DNA from: Myxococcales bacterium
GTDB taxonomy: Bacteria; Myxococcota_A; Polyangia; Polyangiales; DASUME01
Direction of reading: 5' to 3'
NCBI GenBank assembly: GCA_047601445.1
Contig: JASGJH010000001.1
Coordinates: forward strand, 224,001-288,000
DNA length: 64,000 nucleotides
Shown here: piece after piece, positions 20,503 through 31,343 of the stretch
Numbering within the stretch: the first letter of the stretch is position 1
Layout of the letters: each line of letters begins with the position of its first letter
Notes under the pieces: model-generated
Told to the model about the DNA's origin: nothing
What the model saw: the letters and a program-made list of their open reading frames with translations, nothing else
Database searches by the model: none
Translations under genes and position numbers: made by a program

Positions 20503-23223
20503 GTGGTGGCCGTCCGTCTTCCCCTACACAGTGCGCTTGCTCTCACTTTTGCCTGGCTCGTGATCGCGAGCCCGGGATGCAGTACCGACGCTGCTGGCAC
20601 GCAGCACGGTGCGGAGGGGCAGGTCGATGAGGACGATCCGGACGGCGGCGATGCGGGCAACCCGCCTGGCGACGGATCCGTAGGCGCGCTGGCGACCCTC
20701 GAGATCATGGGCCCAGCGACGCTGCGGGCGGGCGACGAGCTCGACGTGACCTGCGTGGGGCGAGATGCGCGGGGGCACGTCTTGCGGCTGGCGGACGGCC
20801 AGCAGGAGGTCGCCATCAAGCCTGCGAGCGCCGTGCAGGCCCAGGGCGACCGCCTGACCGTGGTCGAAGCGGGAGAGCTGAGCGTCACCTGCAGCGTTCC
20901 GGCAGCCGCGCTGACGTCTGCGCCGGCCATCATCGCGGTCAGTGCGGGCGCGCCGGCCACGGTCGGCACGAGCGTTGGCGCCACGGACGTGGCGGCGGGT
21001 GACACGGTCACCGCGAGCTGCGACGTCCGCGATGCATTTGGGAACCAGAACGTCGACGCCGTGCCCACCTTGTCCGTGCAGCCTTCGGACGGTGCCAGCG
21101 TGAGCGGCCTTGGGGTAACGCTCACCAAGCCAGGCTCGGTGTTGGTCGCATGCCACGTGCCAGGTGCGCAGGGCACGGGAGTCATGGTCAGTGTGGCGCC
21201 CGGTCTGCCAGCCCAGTTGAAGCTCACGGTGGATCCGAGCGCCGCGACCTACGCGCGCGACTCGCTCCTTACCTTCTTCACGCTCGTCCAGGACGCCTAT
21301 GGCAACGAAGTTCCCGATGCGATGGTAACCCTCAGCTCTTCGCCGGCGGCAAGCGTCGTGGTGAGCCCGACCAAGTTTCGCTTTGGCGGCGAGGGAAGCT
21401 ACGTGATCACGGGGGTGGTGGCGGCGCCCACGGATGGCGGCCGCGAGGTTTCGGCCAGCACCTCGATCACGGTTTCGGCGACCAATCAGGGGCCAGACAT
21501 CAGCTGCGACGAACCCCTCCAGGGCAGCATGCTCGATGTTCCCATGAACAGTGTGGTGGCCTTCAAGGGCACGGCGTTCGATGGCGATGGTGTGGCGTCG
21601 CTGACGGTCAACGGCAGCGCGGCGGTGGTCGACGCGAGCGGCAAGTTCACGGCTTCGCTGACGGCCCATTTCGGGATCAACCACGTCGACATCGTGGCCG
21701 TGGACAAGACGGGCCTCTCGAGCTCGCGCACGTGCGCCTTTTTGGCGAGCGATGTGTGGCAGTCGGAAAGCGACTTCCCTGGCGCGATCTCCTTTGCCCT
21801 CTTTCCCTCTGCCATCGACGACACCGACCGAACGGGTGCGGTGGACTCGCTCGCGGACCTGCTCGCACAGGCGGCCAACGCCAGCGCGTTCAAGACGAAG
21901 CTCGACACCAGCTTCAAGGCGCAGAATCCATGGAAGCCGAGCTCCTGTGACCAAGAAGTGTGTCCGCCCGCAGGCTGCTCGTGCATCTATCGCTCGAGCA
22001 TCTCGTATCAGTCGCTGAGTCTGCCGCAGGCCAGCGTCGTGAGCGCGAGCAGCGTCGCCGACGGCATCAGCGTGACGACGACCATCGCGACCGTCACCCT
22101 GAACATGAAGATCGAGGGCACCGTGAACGCGGCGCCGTTCTCGCAGAATTTCACCGTCACCTATCCGAACCTGAGCAGTACGGCGATCTACGATGTGAAG
22201 CTGTCGGCGGGCGTGCCCCACGTGACCTTGCGCGCGGGCTCCCAGAGCTCGAGCATCGGCAACCCGACCGTTCAGTCGAATGGCATCAGCCCGTGGGCCG
22301 TCAACAACGTGATCACGCCGTTCGTGAACGCGCAGCGCGCCAACGTGCGCACGGTGATCTCGAACCAACTCGTGGACGACCAAACGGTCATCCTCGACAC
22401 CGTGTCGAGCTCCCTCAGCGTCGCCCCGCTCAAGACCGACATCGCACGTCTGGATGGCTCGGACACGTTCGCCTTGAACTTGGGGCTCAGCTACCCGAGC
22501 GTCTCCGCGACGGCCGCTCGCGCGCGGTTTACCTTGGGCACACGCTTCAGTGCGTTCACGGCGCAAAATCGCCCCTCACTCGGCATCGTGAGCCCTCCCG
22601 GTACGACCTTGCTGGACGTGTCCGTCAGCAATCCCTCGAACGTGGCGACCTCGCTGTCCGCGCTGATGCTCGAGCAGAAAGCGAACGCGTTGTGGCGCGC
22701 AGGGCTCTACGACGTGGTGCTCACTGGGACCAGAATCGGCGGGGGGGTGGCCGCCAACGTGAGCGCGCAGGTGAGCACTTCCTTGCCGCCCGTGTTCGAC
22801 GTGGTCAGTGCCAGCAACGTCGCGTTGGCCTTCGGAGGGGTGACCGTGGATCTCAGCATACCCGGCGTGTGGAACGGGACGCGCACCATCGAAGTGGTCG
22901 CTCGCTACACCACGACCCCCGTCGTTGCCGGCCAGACAGTGAACGTCCAGACGCCGGTGCTCGCCGAGCTCCACTATGGCTTCGGACGAGTCCAGCTGAA
23001 CGCTGCCCAGAAAACACAGCTAGAGACCACCTTGAAGGCGGTGCTCTTGAAGCTTGCCCAGGCCACCCTCGCGGCCCAGCCCTCGCTGCCGTTGCCGCAC
23101 GTCAGCGTGCCCGCCAGCCTCACCGCCTACGGGCTCAGTGAAGCGTCGTTCGGGATCCTGACCCCCGCGCTCACGGTGCAGAGCGAGAACGCGGTGGTGC
23201 GCGGCACCTTCGGCGGCTTCTGA
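20503..23223 (+). CDS. Large putative lipoprotein with Ig-like domains and beta-rich C-terminal region
   Basis: Signal peptide ending in IASPGC. D/G-rich linker. Ig-like GTA.D.DGVASLTVNG..G.F. Host-like codon usage. Confidence 0.75.
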   Translation: MVAVRLPLHSALALTFAWLVIASPGCSTDAAGTQHGAEGQVDEDDPDGGDAGNPPGDGSVGALATLEIMGPATLRAGDELDVTCVGRDARGHVLRLADGQQEVAIKPASAVQAQGDRLTVVEAGELSVTCSVPAAALTSAPAIIAVSAGAPATVGTSVGATDVAAGDTVTASCDVRDAFGNQNVDAVPTLSVQPSDGASVSGLGVTLTKPGSVLVACHVPGAQGTGVMVSVAPGLPAQLKLTVDPSAATYARDSLLTFFTLVQDAYGNEVPDAMVTLSSSPAASVVVSPTKFRFGGEGSYVITGVVAAPTDGGREVSASTSITVSATNQGPDISCDEPLQGSMLDVPMNSVVAFKGTAFDGDGVASLTVNGSAAVVDASGKFTASLTAHFGINHVDIVAVDKTGLSSSRTCAFLASDVWQSESDFPGAISFALFPSAIDDTDRTGAVDSLADLLAQAANASAFKTKLDTSFKAQNPWKPSSCDQEVCPPAGCSCIYRSSISYQSLSLPQASVVSASSVADGISVTTTIATVTLNMKIEGTVNAAPFSQNFTVTYPNLSSTAIYDVKLSAGVPHVTLRAGSQSSSIGNPTVQSNGISPWAVNNVITPFVNAQRANVRTVISNQLVDDQTVILDTVSSSLSVAPLKTDIARLDGSDTFALNLGLSYPSVSATAARARFTLGTRFSAFTAQNRPSLGIVSPPGTTLLDVSVSNPSNVATSLSALMLEQKANALWRAGLYDVVLTGTRIGGGVAANVSAQVSTSLPPVFDVVSASNVALAFGGVTVDLSIPGVWNGTRTIEVVARYTTTPVVAGQTVNVQTPVLAELHYGFGRVQLNAAQKTQLETTLKAVLLKLAQATLAAQPSLPLPHVSVPASLTAYGLSEASFGILTPALTVQSENAVVRGTFGGF

Positions 23224-23224
23224 C

Positions 23225-24559
23225 TTACTCGGACTTGGCGGCCGCTTCGGGAGCCTTCTTCTTCATCGAAGGCATCATCTTCTTGGCGACGTCAGTGGCG
23301 GGGGCGGTTTCGCTCTCGGCCACTGGGGCCTCAGCGGTCTTGCCCTCGAACACGAGCTTGCCGAAGCGACTCGGCACGTGGAAGTCACCCACCAGCGGTG
23401 CCGACCAGCCGGCAGCGCGCATGCCCTTCTCGCGCGCGTCCATCACGTAGAGGTTCATGCGCCAGGTCTCGCCCGCCTTGGGAGGCTCGTGCTTGGGATC
23501 GCCGAGCGTGAACGCGGTCCACGGGATCGCCGCCTCCACGGTGTAGCCCTGGTCGGCTTCGTCGTCGTTGAGCGTTCCGCGCACGGCCACACCGTTCTTG
23601 AGGCCAGAGTTGAAGTCCATGTGGCCGAAGGGCTGGGGCACCCGGCGGCTGTCGTAGCGCGTGTCGAACACCTTGCCCGCGGGCGACACCTGGAGCTCGA
23701 AGTAGTTCTTCTCGTCTCCATCGGGGTCGATCATGAGCTCCACCGTGTCCTGTTCCCACAGGTGGTCGTCGTCCTTGGTGAAGGTGCTCTTGAGGTAGTC
23801 GTCCGCGACGTCGAAGGCCACGTAGAGGTTCTGGGCGTCCCAGGCGGCCTTGGCGGTGACCGGGAAGTCCGCGGCGTCGCCCGTCATGGTGTTCACGAAC
23901 AGCGCCGTGGGCTTGGCTTCGGACCAGATGGACTCGTCGAGCTTGCCGTCGAGCTTGACGGGCGCGCTGGCTGGCACCTCCACCGCGTGTAGCTCGGGCA
24001 GCGGGCTCTCGGCGCCCTTGACCGGGAGCTCGAGCGCGCGCGCACGGTTTTCCTTGTCCTGTGGGCCCTTCACGGAGAGCCGCATGTCGTCCTTCCAGAA
24101 GCCCAGGTACACGACGGCCTTGGGCGAGTTCCAGTTGTTCGGCACGGAGATCACTTGCTCGTCGCGCACGTAGGTGCCGGGTTCCCACAGCGAGGGCTCG
24201 TAGAAGGAGCGCAGCGGGCCGTTGTGGTCGAGGTTGATGCGGCTGCGGTTGCGGGCGTCCGCCAGGTGCGTGAACTGCTTGTAGCCCGAGGGCGCGGCGT
24301 GCTCGACCTTGTAGTGCCAGGTGACCGTCACGGGCTGACCAGGCGTGAGCTCTTCGCTCGACACGTCGTAGCCGATGAGCGTGACCTTGTCGTCGAACTT
24401 GATGTCGAGTGGGTGCTGGGGCTTGGTCGGGGTCTTGCTGACGTACTTCTGGACCTGGGTTTGTTGCTCGGGGCTCAATGCGCCCTTCTTCGAGCAGCCT
24501 GCGGCGCCGACGGTCAGCGCCAAGCACAAACCCATCACGGAAATCGCAACACGCGTCAT
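23225..24559 (-). CDS. Lipoprotein with carbohydrate-binding family 9-like (DOMON-like) domain
   Basis: Lipobox AAGC. KLDGKLDE..W, WD..NLYVAF.V.D, D.VE.MIDP, YFELQVSP, YTVEAAIPW, W.MN.Y. Confidence 0.8.
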   Translation of the reverse strand: MTRVAISVMGLCLALTVGAAGCSKKGALSPEQQTQVQKYVSKTPTKPQHPLDIKFDDKVTLIGYDVSSEELTPGQPVTVTWHYKVEHAAPSGYKQFTHLADARNRSRINLDHNGPLRSFYEPSLWEPGTYVRDEQVISVPNNWNSPKAVVYLGFWKDDMRLSVKGPQDKENRARALELPVKGAESPLPELHAVEVPASAPVKLDGKLDESIWSEAKPTALFVNTMTGDAADFPVTAKAAWDAQNLYVAFDVADDYLKSTFTKDDDHLWEQDTVELMIDPDGDEKNYFELQVSPAGKVFDTRYDSRRVPQPFGHMDFNSGLKNGVAVRGTLNDDEADQGYTVEAAIPWTAFTLGDPKHEPPKAGETWRMNLYVMDAREKGMRAAGWSAPLVGDFHVPSRFGKLVFEGKTAEAPVAESETAPATDVAKKMMPSMKKKAPEAAAKSE

Positions 24560-24561
24560 GG

Positions 24562-26214
24562 TTAGCGGCCCTTCTTGCGAGACTTCTTCTGCATCTTGCG
24601 CAGGTTCTTCTTCTTCTCTTTGTCGACCTTCTTGCGCGGACCGGGAGTCGGTTGGCCGAACATCCCAGCAGGCCCACCGCGCCCCAGTCCGGCCATCAGC
24701 TGATCCGCGAGGCCTTCCATGCCCTCGAGCCCCGGCGGCAAACCGCCGAGCCCCTGAGGCATACCGGGAAAGCCGCCCATGCCTCCCATCCCGGGCATTC
24801 CCGGGAAGCCGCCGCCCTTCATGGCGTTCCTCATGTTACGCGCCATGTTGAGCTGCTTCATGCCCGGTAGCTTGGAGAGCATGCCGGCGCTCTGACCGAT
24901 GTTGCCCATCAGGTCGCGCATCATGCCAAAGCGCTCGAGCAACTCGGCCACCTCGCGCTCCTGGCGCCCCGAGCCGCGCGCGACGCGCACGATACGGGTG
25001 GGCTGCTTCTGGAACAGCTCGGTGTGCACGCGTTCCTCGCGCGTCATGGAGCTCACGATGGCCTCGGCCTTCACCAGCTCCTTGTCGTCGAGGTTGGCGC
25101 CCTCGGGCATGCCGTCGGGGAAGAAGGGCAGCTTCTCGAAGATGTCCTTGAGCGGCCCCATCTGCTTGATCATGCGGATCTGCTCGAGGAAGTCGTTCAG
25201 GGAGAAGCGCCCCTGGAGCATCTTGGCGGCCTCTTCGGCGGCCTTCTTCTCGTCGATGACGCCCTCGAAGTCCTTCATTAGGCCGACGACGTCGCCAAAA
25301 CCGAGGATGCGGCTGGCCATGCCCTCCGCGCGGAAGGGCTCGAGCTTGTCGAGGCCTTCGCCCATACCGGCGAAGACAATCGGCGCGCCCGTGACTTCCT
25401 TGATGGAGAGCGCGGCGCCACCGCGGGCGTCACCGTCGAGCTTGGTGAGCACCACGCCGTTGAGGGTGAGGTACTGGTTGAACGAGGCCGCGGTCTTGAC
25501 CGAGTCCTGGCCGATCATCGCGTCGACCACGAGGAAGATGTTCTCCGGCTTCGTGCGGTCGCGGATGGTGGAGAGCTCCGACATCAACGCTTCGTCGATC
25601 GCCAGACGACCCGCGGTGTCGTAGAGCACCACGTCGCACTTTTGGCGCCGTGCCTCTTCTCTACCGCGCTCGCAGATCTCGATGGGGTCGCCACCCGGGA
25701 TGGCGAACACCGGCACGCCGAGGCGTTCACCCAGCACCTGCAGCTGCTCGATGGCGCCCGGGCGCTGCACGTCGGCGGCCACCAGGAGGGGCTTTCTGCC
25801 CTGCTCGTCGCGCAGGTACTTGGCGAGCTTGCCGGTGGTGGTGGTCTTACCGGAGCCCTGCAGACCCACCATCATGATGCCGGTGAGCGCGGGCTTGGGT
25901 ACGAGCTGCACCGGATCGCCCGTGAACTCCATCATGCTCAGGAGCTCGTCGTGACAGATCTTGATGAAGCGCTCGGCTGGGCCGACCTTCACCTTCTGGC
26001 CGGAGACCGTGGCCGAGGTCTCCATGACCTCGCCGATGGCCTTCTCCTTCACGTGTTGGAGGAAGCGCTTGACGACGTTGAATTCGACGTCGGCTTCGAG
26101 CAAGGAAAGGCGCACATCGCGCAGTGCCTGCTCGATGTTGTCCTCGTTGAGCTCCGCGAGCCCAGACAGTCGCTGGCGTGCTGCGCGGAAGCCCTTGGTG
26201 AGCGTCTCGAACAT
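24562..26214 (-). CDS. ffh: Signal recognition particle protein Ffh
   Basis: LLEADV, GLQGSGKTTT, DTAGR, TKLDGDARGGAALS, Met-rich M domain. Confidence 0.97.
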   Translation of the reverse strand: MFETLTKGFRAARQRLSGLAELNEDNIEQALRDVRLSLLEADVEFNVVKRFLQHVKEKAIGEVMETSATVSGQKVKVGPAERFIKICHDELLSMMEFTGDPVQLVPKPALTGIMMVGLQGSGKTTTTGKLAKYLRDEQGRKPLLVAADVQRPGAIEQLQVLGERLGVPVFAIPGGDPIEICERGREEARRQKCDVVLYDTAGRLAIDEALMSELSTIRDRTKPENIFLVVDAMIGQDSVKTAASFNQYLTLNGVVLTKLDGDARGGAALSIKEVTGAPIVFAGMGEGLDKLEPFRAEGMASRILGFGDVVGLMKDFEGVIDEKKAAEEAAKMLQGRFSLNDFLEQIRMIKQMGPLKDIFEKLPFFPDGMPEGANLDDKELVKAEAIVSSMTREERVHTELFQKQPTRIVRVARGSGRQEREVAELLERFGMMRDLMGNIGQSAGMLSKLPGMKQLNMARNMRNAMKGGGFPGMPGMGGMGGFPGMPQGLGGLPPGLEGMEGLADQLMAGLGRGGPAGMFGQPTPGPRKKVDKEKKKNLRKMQKKSRKKGR

Positions 26215-26436
26215 GAGGCTCTAGCTCCAAAAAACAGGGGTCCAAGCCCCCCAAAAAACACGAAACTCCCGGGGCCGGGTTAGCATGGGGGGCATCGGCC
26301 AGCCAACCCGGGCCGTCTCGGCCGTCGAAGCGGGCGCGCCAGCCCACGAGGAGCCGCAGCGGCGCGCCCCGGGGCACTTGACCTCTGGCCCCCGGGCGAC
26401 GAAGTTGCGCCCCAGATGCCGACGCCCAAGAACCAG

Positions 26437-29280
26437 ATGGAGAGTGGTGCAGCCCTGCCAGCTCCGGGCACCCAACGAGTGCTGTACCTGGTGGACATCA
26501 GTGGCTACGTGTTTCGCGCTTTCTACGCGCTGCCGCCGCTCACGAGCGAACGCGGCGAGCCCACCGGTGCGCTCTACGGGGTCACCTCCATGCTGCTCAA
26601 GCTGGTCCGGGAAAGGCAGCCCGACCTCCTGGCGGTGGTGATGGACGGCAAGGGGCACTCGTTCCGCAAGGACCTGTTCGCCGACTACAAGGCCAACCGG
26701 CCCAGTGCCCCCGACGATCTCCAAGCAGCAGATGGGCAAGGTGCGGGAGGTGGCCGAGGCCTACGCGATTCCCTGCTACGAGCGCGACGGGGTCGAGGCC
26801 GACGATTCTGATCGCCAGCCTCACCAAACAGGCGCGGGCCAAGGGCTATCCCGTGGTGATCGTGAGCGCCGACAAGGACCTGTTGCAGCTGGTGGGCGAC
26901 GGCGTGTGGATGCTCGACACGATGAAGCAGCGCGCATTCGGGCCGGAGGAGACCGTGGAGAAGCTGGGGGTCAAGCCCGAGCAGGTGCGGGATTACCTGG
27001 CCCTGGTGGGCGATAGCTCCGACAACGTGCCGGGCGTGCCCTCGGTGGGGCCCAAGACCGCGGTCGAGCTCTTGACCCAGTTCGACACCCTGGAGGGCGT
27101 GTACACGCGCCTCGAGGAGCTCAAGAAGAAGGCGCTCAAGGCCAAGCTCGAGGAGCACCGCGACAAGGCGTATCTCTCGCGCGAGCTGGTGACGCTCAAG
27201 GACGACTACGAGCTGCCGCTCGACGAGCAGGCGCTGCGCTACGGCGGATGGGACGACGGGGTGCTGCGCAAGTTCGTGAAGCACTACGGGTTCACGCGCC
27301 TGATCGATCAGTTGGGGGCTGGACCCGCGTCCGCCGGCGGGCCCAAAGCGGCGAGCGCGCCCGCGCAGCTGTCGCTGGGCGAATCCCCTGCGGCCCCCGC
27401 TGCGGCCGCGGCGTCCGACACGTCCAGCGCGCCCGCGTCCGACGTGCCCGTGGTGGAGGCGCGGCCCGAGCTCGCACCGGCGCCGGTGGTGTTGCGCGTG
27501 GTGCAGGAGGCAAGCGAGTTGCCCGAGATCGCGCGGGCCATCGAGGCCGCCGGGGCTTGTTCTCTGTTCGCTGCTGCCGAGCACGACGAGCCCGTGGCCG
27601 GTGCGCTGATCGGGCTCGCGCTTAGCTGGAACCAGGAAGGGGTCTACATTCCGCTCGGACACGCCTACCTGGGCTGTCCGCCCCAGATTCCGATCAGCGC
27701 GCTCAAGGCCTCGCTCGGCCCGGTGCTCGAGAATGCGGCCATCAAGAAGCGCACCAGCAGCGCCAAGCGCGACACCATCGCGCTCACGCACCACGGAATC
27801 GCGCTGGCCGGTGTGGAGTTCGATCTGATGCTGGCGAGCTATCTGCTCGACGCCGATCTGCGCGGCCACGGCATGCACGAGATCTCTGATCCGCAAGTAC
27901 GACTTCGACGCGCCGAACTTCGAGCAGCTAGTGGGCAAGGGGAAGGTGCGGCGCCAGCTCGGTGAGCTCAGCGCCGAGGAAGTGCTGCCGTGGGTCAGCG
28001 TCGAGGTGAACCTCGAGCAGGTCGGGAACAGCCTGCGCGACGAGCTTGCTGCAGCCCACGTGAGCGACGTGCTCTATCAACTGGAGCTCCCCCTCACGTC
28101 CGTGTTGGCCGATATGGAGCGCCGCGGCGTGCAGGTGGACGCCGAGCGTTTGCGAGAGCTCGGGCGCACGGTGGACAAGGAGATTCAGGGCTACGAGAAG
28201 AGGTGCTTCGAGCTGGTGGGACGCGAGTTCAACGTCAACTCGCCGCGCCAGCTCGAGACCATTCTGTTCGACGAGCTCAAGCTGCCCGTGGTGGAGAAGA
28301 CCAAGACCGGACGCTCCACCAACGCCGACGTGCTCGAAGAGCTCGCCATCATGCACCCGCTGCCCGCGGCCATCCTCGAGCATCGTCAGCTCGCCAAGCT
28401 CAAGGGAACCTACCTCGACGCGCTGCCGCGCGAGATCAACCCGCGCACCGGGCGTATCCACACCAAGTTCGAGCAGGCCGTGGCGGCCACGGGCAGGCTC
28501 TCGTCCAACGAGCCCAACCTGCAGAACATCCCGATTCGTACCGAGATCGGTCGCTCCATTCGCACGGCCTTCGTGGCGGCGCCGGGCTTCAAGATCTTCG
28601 CGGCGGACTACTCGCAGATCGAGCTGCGCGTGCTCGCCCACCTGAGCCAGGACCCGGCGTTGGTGAAGGCCTTCTCGGAGAACGACGACGTGCACAACCT
28701 CACGGCCCAGGCCCTATTCGGGGTCGATCGCGAGCAGGTCACGCGCGAGCAACGCGCCGCCGCCAAGACCGTGAACTTCGCGGTCATCTACGGGCAGACC
28801 CAGTTCGCCCTGGCCCGCAACCTGCGCATCGCCCGTGGGGAGGCCCAGCGCTACATCAAGGCCTTCTTCGAGCGCTACGCGGGCGTTCGACGCTATCTGG
28901 ACACCCTGGTGCAGGAGGCCCGCCAGACGGGCTCCGTGCGCACCCTGATGGGACGCAGGCGCCTGGTGCGCGACATCACCGCCAAGAACCACGCCGTGCG
29001 CTCGGGCGCCGAACGCATCGCCCAGAACGCGCCCATCCAGGGCAGCGCCGCGGACATCATGAAGACCGCCATGATCAGGGTCCACGGCGCGCTGGCGCAG
29101 GCCCAGATGCGCTCACGCATGGTGCTCACGGTGCACGACGAACTCGTGTTCGAGGCCGCCGAGGGGGAGGGCGAGGCGCTCGAGAAACTGGTACGCGAGG
29201 CGATGGAGGGCGCGGTGACGCTGAGCGTGCCCATGGTGGTGGGCACGGGTTGGGGGGTAAGCTGGGGCGAGGCCCACTGA
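26437..29280 (+). CDS. polA: DNA polymerase I, interrupted by three apparent +1 frameshifts (probably sequencing errors)
   Basis: Consecutive ORF pieces rebuild the 5'-3' exo domain (YKANR, EADD, SADKD, GDSSDNVPG) and the polymerase domain (ADYSQIELR, AKTVNFAVIYG, VHDEL). Breaks near 26721, 26806 and 27884. Confidence 0.93.
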
Positions 29281-29394
29281 CGAGAAGCAAAGCGGCACGC
29301 GGGGGAATCGTCGCCGTCAACCGCCGCTGACCACGGCGACCATCCGTCGTTCCTCAGTCTCCGAGAATCGTCGGCCGAGATCGCTGCGCGCGAG

Positions 29395-30585
29395 CTATGC
29401 GCTCAAGAGCCTGCGAAGCACCCGCACCGGCAGCGCGCCTTCATCCGGCAAGAGCTGCGAATCGGCGCCCAGGCGCAAGCGGATGCCGCGCCATTCGACC
29501 GAGCGCGAGAAGCTCGCGTAGACCCACACACCGAACATGATCGCGTCCTTCACGGGCCCGAGTACGAGGTGCTGGAGCTTCATGGGCGCGCCGCGCACCA
29601 GCTTCACGAGCTGGCCGTCGATGGCGGTCTTGAGGGCGACCATGCCCAACAGCGCGTAGCCGAAGGAGGTCTCGCAGCCCGAGCTGAGCCAGGCCAGCAG
29701 CATGAGTGCGCTCGGGTTGGTGAAGATGTCGGTGATGAAGCTGACGGGGTGGATCACCGCGCGCATCTTGAGCCAGCGCGCGTGGCGCGTGAGCGAGCGG
29801 TCGAGGGCCATGTCCACGTTCACGTTGCGGATAGGCGTGGCGGAGAGCAGTACCTTCTTGCCGCTGTCGCCGTAGTGACGCCCGAGCAAGAAGTCCTCGG
29901 CCAGCGAGTCCTTTACGCGCTCCAGGCCGCCCAGGGACTTGAGCTCGCTGCTGCGGAAGAGCATGGACTTGCCGATCACGCAGGTGACGCCGCCCAGCTT
30001 GAGCGCTACGCAGCAGGCCGGTGCCACATAGGCCGAGAGCTGCAGGTTTTCGATGGCCGAGCCGAACGAACGCTCGCCGATGCCGGAGACCACCGAGGAC
30101 AGCAGCGAGGCCTCTTCGCTCACCAGCTCGGAGACGATGCTGCGCAGGTAGTCGCGCGGGGCCCAGACGTTGGCGTCGCTCTGCAACACCAGGTCGTGGC
30201 GCGCGGCGCGCAGGGCTCCCTGCAGGTTGGAGACCTTGGGATTGAGACCCCAGTTCTCGTCGCTCAGCACGAAGCGCACGGACACGCCGGGGTACTCGCG
30301 CGCCAGGCGGCGGGCCACCTGCATGGCGGGGTCTTCGCGCGTTGCGCTCGCGAACACGATCTCGAGCTGGCCCGGGTACTCCTGCTCGAAGAAGCTGCGC
30401 AGGCAGGCCTCGAGGTTCTCTTCCAGGCCCTTCACGGGCTTCAGCAGGCTCACCGCAGGGAACTCGGCGATGGAGCGGGTCTGGCGGCGGCGGAGGGTGT
30501 GGAGCCAGGTTGCTCCGACCATCACGAGGTAGAAGCCGAAGGAGAACGCGGCGGCGGTCAGGAGGACAGTGGTGAGGCTGAGCAT
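29395..30585 (-). CDS. GT2/GT21 glycosyltransferase, ceramide glucosyltransferase / HpnI-like
   Basis: N-terminal TM, LLKPVKG, GLNPKVSNL, SDAN, GKSMLFR, LAEDF, RHARW, C-terminal VEWRG. Confidence 0.85.
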   Translation of the reverse strand: MLSLTTVLLTAAAFSFGFYLVMVGATWLHTLRRRQTRSIAEFPAVSLLKPVKGLEENLEACLRSFFEQEYPGQLEIVFASATREDPAMQVARRLAREYPGVSVRFVLSDENWGLNPKVSNLQGALRAARHDLVLQSDANVWAPRDYLRSIVSELVSEEASLLSSVVSGIGERSFGSAIENLQLSAYVAPACCVALKLGGVTCVIGKSMLFRSSELKSLGGLERVKDSLAEDFLLGRHYGDSGKKVLLSATPIRNVNVDMALDRSLTRHARWLKMRAVIHPVSFITDIFTNPSALMLLAWLSSGCETSFGYALLGMVALKTAIDGQLVKLVRGAPMKLQHLVLGPVKDAIMFGVWVYASFSRSVEWRGIRLRLGADSQLLPDEGALPVRVLRRLLSA

Positions 30586-30818
30586 GGGTGGGTGGCTGTC
30601 TGGTCTCACGCACGCGCGCGACTCGATGTCGACCGCGTTGCTGCCGCCCGCAAACCGGGACGAACTGGGCCGCACTATGGCACGCAGCCGATCGCTCCGA
30701 ACCTTCCTGTCCAGCCCGCTGACAATGTTTTACATATCGTCGCTAGCTGTGACAGGTTTGCCGAAGCGAATACAATAATTCCAGTGGGTTAGAGTAGCAA
30801 TCCCCACGGGCCCGGCGC

Positions 30819-31343
30819 TCAGTAACACCCCTGCGAGCAGATCGCCTCTTCGCGAGCGCACAGCAATCGACAGTCCGGGGAATCGGGCGGACAGTTGGCC
30901 TGGCAGTGCTGCTGGTACTCCTTGCAGACCGTGTGACAGCCATGGGGCACGGCGGAGACCCCGGCGTCCTCGGCGTGCATCGTGGTGGCCACCTCGGCCC
31001 CGACGTGGGCGCTGCGGAGGCGCATATGGCTGCTCACGGAGGGGTCCGTGGGCGGGCTGCTGGGGCCCGTCGAAATGCCGGGCAGCTTGAGCGTCTGGTC
31101 GCCGGCCTGGATGGCCTCCACGCGTCGCATGGCGTAGTCGATGCGATGGGCAGGTTGGTGCCGGGTGTAATCCGCCAACCATGCATTCCAGCAGGCCTCA
31201 CGCTCCATGGGGGTCACTGCGGCATTGAACTCGGCCCCGTAACAGTGCTCGAAGTACACGTTGCCATCGTGCACCATGCGATGACTGGGTGCGCAGGCCC
31301 AGGCCATGGTGCAGCCTAGAAGTACAGAGATGGACCGGGCCAT
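30819..31343 (-). CDS. Hypothetical Cys-rich lipoprotein
   Basis: Signal peptide ending MAWAC. C-terminal CxxxC array (CHTVC..CQANC..CRLLC..CSQGC). Confidence 0.65.
   Translation of the reverse strand: MARSISVLLGCTMAWACAPSHRMVHDGNVYFEHCYGAEFNAAVTPMEREACWNAWLADYTRHQPAHRIDYAMRRVEAIQAGDQTLKLPGISTGPSSPPTDPSVSSHMRLRSAHVGAEVATTMHAEDAGVSAVPHGCHTVCKEYQQHCQANCPPDSPDCRLLCAREEAICSQGCY

Noticed and set aside
26215..26436. SRP (4.5S) RNA next to ffh; CCAAAAAACA direct repeat at 26227 and 26251
   Set aside because: No domain IV consensus (CAGG..GGAA..AGCA) on either strand. The A-tracts are explained by a divergent promoter region.
27310..27480. Intein or insertion element in polA
   Set aside because: Low-complexity Ala/Pro interdomain linker with no intein splice-junction motifs.
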